Below, piece after piece: positions 53,593-62,667 of a DNA stretch of 64,000 nt. A program made the translations under genes and the position numbers. Within the stretch, counting starts at the first letter, position 1. Each line of letters starts with the position of its first letter. The stretch is from Candidatus Latescibacterota bacterium (lineage in GTDB: Bacteria; Latescibacterota; UBA2968; GCA-2709665): assembly GCA_965237675.1 (NCBI GenBank), contig OZ250150.1, forward strand, positions 1,312,001 to 1,376,000. The letters run 5' to 3'. Under the pieces are notes generated by a model. The model was given only the letters and a program-made list of their open reading frames with translations. It made no database searches and had not been told where the DNA came from.

Positions 53593-53711
53593 CTGTTCGT
53601 TTTCGGACATATATGTATCGAAATCGAACACTTTATTGTCGTTCGCTTGAAAGCGGTTTCGCATAAGTCTTTAAAAATTAACAATAAACAGTCAATGGCA
53701 CGGTTGTCGCT
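53593..53711 (+). promoter_or_regulatory. Enhancer (53593-53632) plus sigma54 promoter (53696-53711)
   Basis: TGGCACG-GTTG-TCGCT; third copy of the motif. Confidence 0.8.
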
Positions 53712-53773
53712 GCTTATATTCAAGGGCTTGGTACCTTGTAGGCATTCGACATGAAAACGGAGTTTGTCCCGTT

Positions 53774-54394
53774 GTGATGAAAATGAAAAGCGAATACAAG
53801 ACGCTACAATGCGCGCCTGAGTCCGACGCGACGATGATCGAACGGGCGCTTGCGGGCGATGAGTGGGCCTATACGTACCTTTACAGGGCGCATCGCGACC
53901 GCGTGCGGGCGCTCGTGCACCGAAGTGCAAGGAACGCAGATGAGACCGAGGATCTGGTTCAACTGGTCTTTATAAAGGCTTTTCAGGGACTGGCTGGGTT
54001 TCGGGGACAGGCCGCGTTCTCCACGTGGCTGACGCGCATTGCCATGAATGTGCGTACATCCCATTCTCGGTCCTTGAGAAAGCGGAAGAACTGGCTGAGT
54101 GAGGTTGAGGATGCCGTACCCGCGCTCCAGGCGCGGTGGTACGCGTCGCCTCACGAGGATCCCGAAGCGGTGATGGTGCGGAAGGAGCGCAGGGAAATTG
54201 TGATGCGGAGCATCCGGGCGCTGCTGGAACGGCATCGGGAGGCGGTCTGGTTGCATTATGTGGGTGAACGGTCCTATCATGAGATCGTCGAAGAACTCCA
54301 GGTGCCCATCGGAACGTTGAAAGTCTGGCTATACCGAGGAAGGCATCAGTTGAGACGGGAGGTTGAGCGGCTGGGGATGGCGGTGAGTCTATAG
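53774..54394 (+). CDS. ECF RNA polymerase sigma factor
   Basis: EDLVQ.VFIKA, FSTWLTRIA.N (region 2); SYHEI...L.VPIGTLK..LYRGR (region 4). Confidence 0.9.
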   Translation: MMKMKSEYKTLQCAPESDATMIERALAGDEWAYTYLYRAHRDRVRALVHRSARNADETEDLVQLVFIKAFQGLAGFRGQAAFSTWLTRIAMNVRTSHSRSLRKRKNWLSEVEDAVPALQARWYASPHEDPEAVMVRKERREIVMRSIRALLERHREAVWLHYVGERSYHEIVEELQVPIGTLKVWLYRGRHQLRREVERLGMAVSL

Positions 54395-54460
54395 GAACTG
54401 GAAAGAATCGACCTGGAATGGTTGCACGCCAACGTCTCAGGGGTTGTAAAGGTAAGTCCT

Positions 54461-55909
54461 ATGGCAGAGCGAAAACCACAGAAGGACAAGGGACGGGTGT
54501 TGAAGCTGGATCAGGCAGGCGCGCCGGCCGATCGCCAGACTTCCAGTCGGGAATCGTCCGAGGGAACGTCAGACTCCGTTGGCGGAGATAGACCGATGCC
54601 CGGTTTCGTGGGTGCCGGTACCTCGGCGTCTGAAGGGGCACGCCAGAAAACGATCCCTGGCACGGACCGCAAACTCGAAAAGAAATTTTGGAAGCCGAAA
54701 CGCATCCTGAGCGTTGGCGCGGTCGCGGCATTTGTGGGACTGGTCCTCTATATGGCCATTTTTGGAGACCACAGCGCCAGGCTCAACGTGCAGGTCGAGC
54801 GAATTACGATTGCGGAAGTCACCCGCGGCCCCTTCCAGGAATTCATTCCCCAGCGCGGCACCGTGATGCCCATTCAGTCGCACTACCTGGATGCGCTGGA
54901 AGGCGGGCAGGTGGAGGAGATATTCCTTGAAGAGGGGGCAATGGTAGAAAAAGGCACGCGGATCTTGCGCATGTCGAACCCATCCCTGGAACAGACCGTA
55001 TTGAGCCAGGAAGCGCAGTTGTTCGAGCAGATCAACAGAATGGAAAACACCCGATTGAGCCAGGAGATACAGGATATCCAGCGCAAGCGTTCCCTGATGG
55101 ACATCGAACTGGACCTGCAGAAATCCGAGCGCGATTTTCGGAAACAGAAAGCGCTATTCGAAAACAAATTCGCCTCGAGAGACGAATTTGAAGAGGCAAG
55201 AGACAAATACGGACACGCGCAGAAGCTTAAGGTGTTCATGCTGGAGACCTTGCGGCGCGACTCCCTCTATCGAATCAATGAACTGGCTGCCCTGCAGAAG
55301 CGCGCATGGAGCCTGCAGCTCCAACTGGATGACGTGCGTCGCCCGCTGAGGAATCTGATCGTCCGCGCGCCGATCGACGGTCAACTTTCGCAACTCAACG
55401 CCGAGATCGGCAAGTTGATCGCGAAGGGGACCAGCATTGGCCAGATCGACGTTCTGGACGCTTACAAGATGCGTGCGGCTATCGATGAATTCTACATTAC
55501 CAGAATCACGACTGGGCTGAAAGGGACGATTGAAATTGACGATGAGACGTATGAGTTGAAGATCCGTCGGGTTTTCCCCGAGGTAAAGGAGGGCCAGTTC
55601 GAGGTCGATATGGATTTCACAGGCGAGGCGCCTCAGAGCATTCGTCGCGGCCAGACGGAGCAGATTCGGCTGGAGTTGGACGCGCCCGAAGAAGCGTTAT
55701 TGCTGCCGCGGGGCGCGTTCTATCAGACCACGGGCGGCAACTGGGTCTTCGTGGTCGAGGGCGACCTGGCCGTGCGGCGCCAGGTTCGCATCGGACGCCA
55801 GAATCCCGAGTACTTTGAAGTGCTCGAGGGCCTGTCCCCAGGGGAACGGGTGGTGACCTCGTCGTACGAAAATTATGAAGAAATCGATAAATTGGTCTTA
55901 CAGCGGTAA
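54461..55909 (+). CDS. Periplasmic adaptor (membrane fusion protein, MacA/HlyD-like)
   Basis: Single TM, GGQVEEI..EEG, long coiled coil, RAPIDGQL, EVLEGL.PGERV. Confidence 0.92.
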   Translation: MAERKPQKDKGRVLKLDQAGAPADRQTSSRESSEGTSDSVGGDRPMPGFVGAGTSASEGARQKTIPGTDRKLEKKFWKPKRILSVGAVAAFVGLVLYMAIFGDHSARLNVQVERITIAEVTRGPFQEFIPQRGTVMPIQSHYLDALEGGQVEEIFLEEGAMVEKGTRILRMSNPSLEQTVLSQEAQLFEQINRMENTRLSQEIQDIQRKRSLMDIELDLQKSERDFRKQKALFENKFASRDEFEEARDKYGHAQKLKVFMLETLRRDSLYRINELAALQKRAWSLQLQLDDVRRPLRNLIVRAPIDGQLSQLNAEIGKLIAKGTSIGQIDVLDAYKMRAAIDEFYITRITTGLKGTIEIDDETYELKIRRVFPEVKEGQFEVDMDFTGEAPQSIRRGQTEQIRLELDAPEEALLLPRGAFYQTTGGNWVFVVEGDLAVRRQVRIGRQNPEYFEVLEGLSPGERVVTSSYENYEEIDKLVLQR

Positions 55910-55992
55910 GAGGTGAGAAGGAAGACGTAAGAGGATGGAAGTCTCGCCACTTTGTTCGGCGCTAAAGTCAAATGGGATAGAGCCAAAACACG

Positions 55993-56352
55993 ATGTTGAA
56001 TCTCAGCCACAAAAAGCTTGAAGCATGGAAAATGAGTATTGATCTGGTGAACGAGATTTATACTTTGACCTCTGAATTTCCTTCCACCGAAATCTATGGC
56101 ATTACCAGCCAGTTACGTCGGTCTGCTGTCTCAATACCGTCTAACATCGCCGAGGGATCAGCGAGATCTTCGAATACTGAACGCAGAAGATTTCTCGAAA
56201 TAGCCAGGAGTTCGCTGGTTGAGTTGGATACTCAACTTGAAATTGCACTAAACCTCCAATTGTGTTCGGACGATGACGTTCAATCAATATCAGAAACGAT
56301 GAATCGTTTGTTTGGTTTACTCTCAGGATTGATTAGTAGAGTTTCCTCGTAA
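55993..56352 (+). CDS. Four-helix-bundle protein (23S rRNA IVP / Avd-like family)
   Basis: L.AW..S, FP..E.YG.TSQLRRSAVSIPSNIAEG, FL.IARSSL.EL.TQL; AT-richer than neighbouring genes. Confidence 0.93.
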   Translation: MLNLSHKKLEAWKMSIDLVNEIYTLTSEFPSTEIYGITSQLRRSAVSIPSNIAEGSARSSNTERRRFLEIARSSLVELDTQLEIALNLQLCSDDDVQSISETMNRLFGLLSGLISRVSS

Positions 56353-56400
56353 CCCGTGCCGATTCGTTAGCCATTTTTGTTACGGCCAATAAAACGAACG

Positions 56401-57120
56401 GGCACTCATATCCTCTCCCGTCTAACGTCTTCCGTCTAACTTCGGTAAGAGGTGAGCCGGGAGACGGCAGTGGAAAAACCTTGCCACCGGATGCGGCGCC
56501 AGAGCGAGAAGGGATAGCGCCAAGACACGATGCTGATTTTCAGCCAAATTGCGTTACTGCCAGGACTGACAAATAGGGTTTCGTCGTAATCCGTGCTGAA
56601 AACTCAGCCAATGTCTTTTGCGACTTTTGAGACGATAATGCACTCATATCCTCTCCCGTCTCCCGTCTAACGTCTACCCTTTCATCAGGCACTCATATCC
56701 TCTCCCGTCTCCCGTCTAACGTCTACCCTTTCATCAGGCACTCATATCCTCTCCCGTCTCCCGTCTAACGTCTACCCTTTCATCAGGCACTCATATCCTC
56801 TCCCGTCCAACGTCTTCCGTCTAACTTCGGTAAGAGGTGAGCCGGGAGACGGCAGTGGAAAAACCTTGCCACCGGATGCGGCGCCAGAGCGAGAAGGGAT
56901 AGCGCCAAGACACGATGCTGATTTTCAGCCAAATTGCGTTACTGTCAGGACTGACAAATAGGGTTTCGTCGTAATCCGTGCCGAAAACTCAGCCAATGTC
57001 TTTTGCGACTTTTGAGACGATAAGGTACTCACATCATCTCCCGTCTCCCGTCTAACGTCTACCCTTTCATAAGGCACTCACATCATCTCCCGTCTCCCGT
57101 CTAACGTCTTCCGTCTACCC
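56401..57120. repeat. Two 385-bp-period deleted copies of the four-helix cassette plus three perfect 49-bp tandem repeats
   Basis: Units start at 56443 and 56828; 49-mers at 56640, 56689 and 56738 with no spacers. Confidence 0.9.
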
Positions 57121-57140
57121 TTTTTAAAAGGAGCTCCAAG

Positions 57141-57830
57141 ATGATCAAAACGGTTAATCTACAGAAAGTCTACCGAACGGAAGAAGTCGAAACGACCGCG
57201 CTTCGGAATGTCAATCTGGAGATTAGCGAAGGCGAGTTCGTGGCGGTGATGGGCCCCTCGGGTTGCGGCAAGTCCACGCTTCTGAACGTGCTGGGGCTGT
57301 TGGATAACCCGACGGATGGGGAATACTATCTGAACGACGTGGAGGTGTCGAAACACACGGAGCGGCAGAGAGCGGACACCCGGAAAGAGAATATCGGATT
57401 CGTGTTTCAGAGTTTCAATCTGATCGACGAACTGACCGTGGCCGAGAATATCGAACTGCCGCTGCTGTACCTGAAGATGCCGTCCAAAGAACGCAGGAAG
57501 CGCGTGGATGAGTCGATGGAGTATATGGGCATCAAGCACAGGGAGAAACACTTCCCGCAGCAGTTGTCGGGCGGCCAGCAGCAGCGGGTGGCCGTGGCGC
57601 GGGCGGTCATTTCGAATCCGAAAATGATCCTTGCGGATGAGCCCACGGGGAATCTGGACTCCGCCAACGGCAATGAAGTGATGGGATTGTTGACGGAATT
57701 GAACAAGAACGGGACGACCATCGTGATGGTGACGCACAAAGCCCACGATGCGGGATATGCCCATCGCGTCGTTCACCTGTTCGACGGCCACGTGGTGACC
57801 GAGAATATCAAGGAGCAAGCGCCGAATTAA
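57141..57830 (+). CDS. ABC transporter ATP-binding protein (MacB/LolD type)
   Basis: GPSGCGKST, FQSFNL, LSGGQQQR, ILADEPTGNLD, VTH; AAGGAG RBS. Confidence 0.96.
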   Translation: MIKTVNLQKVYRTEEVETTALRNVNLEISEGEFVAVMGPSGCGKSTLLNVLGLLDNPTDGEYYLNDVEVSKHTERQRADTRKENIGFVFQSFNLIDELTVAENIELPLLYLKMPSKERRKRVDESMEYMGIKHREKHFPQQLSGGQQQRVAVARAVISNPKMILADEPTGNLDSANGNEVMGLLTELNKNGTTIVMVTHKAHDAGYAHRVVHLFDGHVVTENIKEQAPN

Positions 57831-57971
57831 CCGCAGCGCGACGATAGAACGGGGGTCGAAACCGGGTACCTGACCCGAGTCCGGGGGGTTTACTCGTTAC
57901 TCCCCATTTTTCTGTCGCCGCTCATCTCGCCCGTGCCCGCCCGTATTCCTCCGACAGCGACGTTCCCGTCC

Positions 57972-58934
57972 CTACAACGTTCCCTGGTGCCCGGCGCGGA
58001 TGGCCTCGCACAGGCGCATGGTCTGTACGGCGTCGTCCAGGGTTGACCATGGCTCGCGGTCTTCCAGAATGCAGTCGACGAAGTGGACGATCTCGTTGTA
58101 GCCGGACCCGCCCACGGCCTCGATCTCATCGCCCTCCAGTGAAAAAGCCTCGCCCTGATCATAGCCCTCTACTTGCGGCGCCCTTGTCAGATCGAGATAA
58201 ACCGAAAGGTCTTCGCCGTGTACCTCAGCCCACTGGATGCGATAACCCACGCCATAGTGGCTCATCAAAACGCCGAAGGCGCCCGTATCGAAGCGCACCA
58301 CGGCGTTGTGGCGGTGGCATCCGGGGCGCTCGCCATCCTGCACTATCCCCCGCACCTCCACCGGTACGGCCGCTTCCTCGGGGCTGGGACCCGCCAACCA
58401 GCGGATCAGGTCCACGTGGTGAATGGCGTCGCAGATCACCGGATCCGGCGTTGCGGCCTTAAACCGGGTTACCCGTTTGTTGTACGTGGCCGCGACGTGT
58501 ACCGCGCCCCCGCCCGCCTGGATACGCCGCCGGACGGCCAGCACGTGAGGATAGTATCTCCGGTTGAACGATACGATGGCCTTGCCCGTGCTGCGCCGGG
58601 CGGCGTGCGCCATCTGCTCGGTCTCATCGGTGTTCATCCCGGGCGACTTCTCCACCGACGTGTGAATACCGCGTTCCAGGCAATCCAGCACGATGGGCAG
58701 CAGATGACCGGGGTCCGTGACGACGTACACGAGATCCGGCCGGCACGCGTCGAGCATCTGCCGGTAGTCCGTAGAGGCCAGGTCCGGCGCCCATTCCGCC
58801 CTGTTTTTTCGGAGACGCTCCCCGTCGAGTTCCGCGATGCCCGCCAGCTGAAGGCGTGGCTCGTCGGCAATCATCTTGAAATGCGACTGGGCGTGCCCGC
58901 CACAGCCGATAACCGCGGCTTTCAGATCAGTCAT
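57972..58934 (-). CDS. Gfo/Idh/MocA oxidoreductase
   Basis: AVIGCGGHA, VEKSP, FNRRY, DAIHHVD. Confidence 0.88.
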   Translation of the reverse strand: MTDLKAAVIGCGGHAQSHFKMIADEPRLQLAGIAELDGERLRKNRAEWAPDLASTDYRQMLDACRPDLVYVVTDPGHLLPIVLDCLERGIHTSVEKSPGMNTDETEQMAHAARRSTGKAIVSFNRRYYPHVLAVRRRIQAGGGAVHVAATYNKRVTRFKAATPDPVICDAIHHVDLIRWLAGPSPEEAAVPVEVRGIVQDGERPGCHRHNAVVRFDTGAFGVLMSHYGVGYRIQWAEVHGEDLSVYLDLTRAPQVEGYDQGEAFSLEGDEIEAVGGSGYNEIVHFVDCILEDREPWSTLDDAVQTMRLCEAIRAGHQGTL

Positions 58935-59053
58935 GGTGAATTCCTTTCAAGGAGGGTAGACGGAAGAAGGAAATAGATAAGAAAGAAAAACGCGAAGATG
59001 TATAACCTACCCCACCCCCTAACGTCCCCTATTCCCTTGCCCTTTTTCGAAGG

Positions 59054-59486
59054 GCCGGGAGACGGAAGAGGTAAGACGGTAGAGGAAAAACCTTGCCACC
59101 TGATGCGGCGCCAAGCCAAAAAGGATAGCGCCGGAACGCCATATTGAAACATGTGCGCCATGGTCTTGAGATTGACACAACAGCGTTTCCACGTGACCCG
59201 TGCCTATTCAGTAGCCATAGTTGAGTCCACTCCGAAAAGTGAGATTCGCGTGATTTTCTTCCAATTTGGATCAGGAACGGCCATTTTCAATAAAAGCTAT
59301 ATCCCCATAAATCATTATATATAATAGTGTTATATCAAGTATGATTTCGATTTACTTCTGAGTGAAACACCAACTTGGACCTCGTCAGAGAGGATTTTGA
59401 CTTTTCGGAGGAGACTCATAGTTGTTACGGCAAATTAAACGACCAGGCACTCATATCGTCTCACTTCTTCCGTCTAACGTCTCACT
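59054..59486 (+). mobile_element. Third, diverged deleted four-helix cassette carrying a nested MITE
   Basis: Shares GGAAAAACCTTGCCACC.GATGCGGCGCCA, GGATAGCGCC, CCCGTGCC and GGCACTCATATC blocks with the 55904-57120 units. Confidence 0.75.
59223..59417. mobile_element. MITE, 195 bp
   Basis: IR GAGTCCACTCCGAAAAGT / ACTTTTCGGAGGAGACTC (16/18) with 6-bp duplication ATAGTT. Confidence 0.85.
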
Positions 59487-60474
59487 GCCTTTAGAAGAAG
59501 GGCGCCGCTCGGCGCGGGGCCGGTTTTTCCGTGAATTTCCTCAGTAGTGGAATTGGAAATCGGGTGGCCTATGAGCCCTCCAGGAGCTGCCGGTGTACGG
59601 AGATTTACGGAATAACACGGAAAAACCCCCCGCTCCACCTCCGTCCGGTCATTAGTTATTCCTTGAAGTTCTGGCGAGCGGAATGGCGCTTGTACCGCTC
59701 TTTGCTGTATGCCGATAGTTATCTGCCAAATGCTGACCGCTGATCGCTCCTCACCCCCAGGAAACCACACCGTTCTCTAACACGATGCCTCTTGAGAGGA
59801 CTACCAGAGCAGGGCGCGTTTTTCCGTCCCGCTCCAAATTACGATTTCCTCCGTGGTTGGCAGGGCAGCGGATTGGGTGGGTCCCGTGAAGTAATTCGCG
59901 CCATGCATAAAACAGGCCCCGCGCCCAGCGGCGACTATTGCAAAGGCGGTAAGAGGTAAGAGGCGAGACGGTAGAGGGCTAAAAACTCTGTAATATTTCG
60001 CCCTCAAATCCGGTCTGTCACTAACGGGCTAATGGAAATGGATCACGAATGAGGGCACCAAACCGGTGACGGTGTCTTCTCCCCTCTCCCGTCTTACGTC
60101 TCACGGTCTTAGGGAACCCGCCGTAGGCAGGGAATTTGTGGAAAGGTGGATTTTGATTTTGACTTTCCCCTATTGCCTTTGGCTGACCCCTGACCGCTAC
60201 GTAGGGTAACATCTGTTCGGGCACATAGATAACACTTTTCGTGGCGACCCCTGCAGGCTGCCACGTGACCGTTGAGGTGAGAAGTGTCGATAACCGGAAC
60301 GGTCGCGCTCGGGGTCGATGCGGTGCGCCGCAGCAACGTTCGACCGGGGGTAAAGCGAGTGCGAACGCGAGGTGCGTCCCTTTTTCTGTTGACAACTGTG
60401 GAGTTCCAACAGTACCATGACACCTGCAGTTTGCGTTGTTTTCTGGCGATTGTACAACATAGAGGAGGTAAGAA

Positions 60475-62229
60475 ATGGACCGGGAGGAGATGAGCCACGA
60501 GGAGAACTACTGTTTCGATATCTCGGGCTACCTGATCTTACGGGGTGTTTTGACGCCCAAAGAGGTCGAGGCCTGCAATCGGGCGCTCGAGCGCGAGGGC
60601 CGCGTGAGTGGGATGCTGGGATGGCCCGCACCGCATAGGGAGCCGTTCCGGGACCTGATGGCCCATCCCGTGCTGGTTGGGTACCTGAACCAGCTCATCG
60701 GATATGGTTTCCGGCTGGACCGGGAACCGGAGCTGATCGGCAAAGCGGATGGGGCTGCCGGCGGCCTCGTTGGCGGCAATGAACCGATGGACGCCGGCCG
60801 GGCCTACTACATCCTCAACGGCCGCCGGCACTGACAGGGAATACACGCCATCTGGGCGCTGTCCGATACGAGCGCGGGAGATGGCGGGTTTTCGCTGGTC
60901 CCGTGCAGCCACAAAAGCAATGTGGGAACCCCCGAAGATGTGCTGACCGGGAGGGACGACCTGGGACTGACCGTGCAGCCGGTGCTGAAGGCGGGCGACC
61001 TGCTGCTGTGCACGGCGACCCTGCTTCAGGGCGTACGTCCCGGAACGAGGGAGCACCCGCAGCGGCTGCTCTTGTACAAATACGCGGGGCACGCGGCGGT
61101 GCAATCCATCGGCACCGGGCCGAAGACCCGACGGGAGGACCAGCCGGAATGGATGGCGGAATTGACGCCGGAGCAGCGTGTTATGCTGCACAAGCCGGGA
61201 TACGGGGATTCGGACCCGCCTCCCACGCTCAGCTCGGATGGAGAGACCTGTTGGGTGGACCCGGAACCCGACCTGTCCCACCCTTCCATCTATATCAAGA
61301 ATCCGGATTCGAACATCGACGAGAAGGAGTTCTATTTCTGGGACCTGTGCGGTAATCTCGTCCTCCGAAATGTGATGACTCCGGAAGACCTGGCGCTGGC
61401 GAACGAGGCGGTCGACCGGTTTACGGACCGCATCGTGGTTGAAAGCGTAGATCTGGCCAAGGGGTCCAAGAGCCTGGCCGGAACCGGGCGGCCCACCATG
61501 ACCGGCCTGCTTGAAATGCCCAGGCCCTACTGTGAACCGTTCCGGAAGATGCTCGCCCACCCGGCAGTGGTACACCGCCTCACCTGGATGGGCGGGAAGG
61601 GCTTCCGGTGTACGGGCTTTGAGGCGATCTGTACGGCCAGCGGAGGCGCCGGACATTTTCTTCATGGCGGCAACGAGCCGTTGAGTCCATCTCGCAACTA
61701 TACCTTCCAGAACGGCCGCAGCTATGCGCTGGGGGGCCCGTCCGTTGCGGTGGCCTGGCAATTGCGGGATGTCACCGAAAACGACGGGGGGTTTGCCTGC
61801 GTGCCGGGAAGCCACAAGGCGCAGTACCGCATCCCCAAGGGCGTTTGGACCTGCGACGAGGACATGGGGCTGGTGGTACATCCGCTGACAAAGGCCGGGG
61901 ACGTCATCTTTTTTATGGACGGCCCGCAGGCGCACGGTGCACTGGCGTGGAAGAGCGACATCCAGCGCCGCGTAATCCTGACGCGGTACTCCTCGCGGCA
62001 CTTCAACGGGGGAGCGGCAATGGCGACCCCGGAGGAGAGATGGGGGGGTCTTCTGGAGGGGATGGGTGGGGCGCAGCTGGCGGTGATGCGGGGGCCGGAC
62101 CGCGACGAGAAGGCCAGCAACGTGCCGCGGCTGGTTTCGGAGAACGGAAAAATCGAGGTCGTTTACGACCGGAGTCAGGGTGGGCTTTACACCGGGGCGA
62201 CCCCTAAGGGGGCGCCGTCCAGGCGTTGA
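60475..62229 (+). CDS. Tandem-domain PhyH-like Fe(II)/2OG dioxygenase with in-frame TGA at 60832-60834
   Basis: ORFs 60475-60834 and 60922-62229 share a frame; the two internal domains align across the stop (GGNEP, W.L, DGGF..VP.SHK, AGD). Confidence 0.75.
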
Positions 62230-62547
62230 GACCCGAGGCACGTGAGGTTGAAGTTTCCCCACCCCCTCAACGTCCCCTATTCCCTTGCCCTTTTTCTTTC
62301 TCGCCAAAGAAAAAGGGCCAAAAATAACGGCGCCGCTCAGACGCCGCGGGGCTGCTTTTCCGCGAATCACTTCACCGGAAATTACCAGCGTCGTTGCCCT
62401 GCGGCCCATTGGAGCGATCCGGAACCACAATGCTGGACGGATTGGCGCGGAAAAGCCCCCGCCCCGCCTCCGGACGGGCGAGAGTTGGAACGCGAAGGAC
62501 CGCGCCGCTGGATTGGTGGTCGTGCCGCTGAACGACGCATGGTATCC

Positions 62548-62575
62548 GTAGGGGCGACCGGCCGGTCGCCCCTAC
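62548..62575. repeat. GTAG REP-like palindrome
   Basis: Identical to 16739-16766. Confidence 0.8.
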
Positions 62576-62667
62576 AAAACCGGACATCCGAGATATAGAT
62601 ATCGCAATTTGACTCAGGCAGGCCGTATCGATGTCCGGTGCGGTGCGGTCCTCTTCCTTCTACCGTC

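Noticed and set aside
36768-56352. Diversity-generating retroelement (Avd-like gene plus near-identical permease 3' ends)
   Set aside because: No reverse transcriptase in the window; the mismatches examined are synonymous and not adenine-specific
55993-56352. 23S rRNA intervening sequence
   Set aside because: Flanks are protein-coding genes and repeats; no rRNA sequence
56640-56786. Possible CRISPR array
   Set aside because: The 49-bp units are head-to-tail with no unique spacers, and no cas genes are present
60200-60240. IS481-like terminal sequence (TGTTATCTATGTGCCCG on the minus strand)
   Set aside because: Only one short end, with no partner or transposase; too weak to call
60538-62430. 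630-aa minus-strand ORF
   Set aside because: Antisense shadow of the PhyH-like gene with no recognisable motifs
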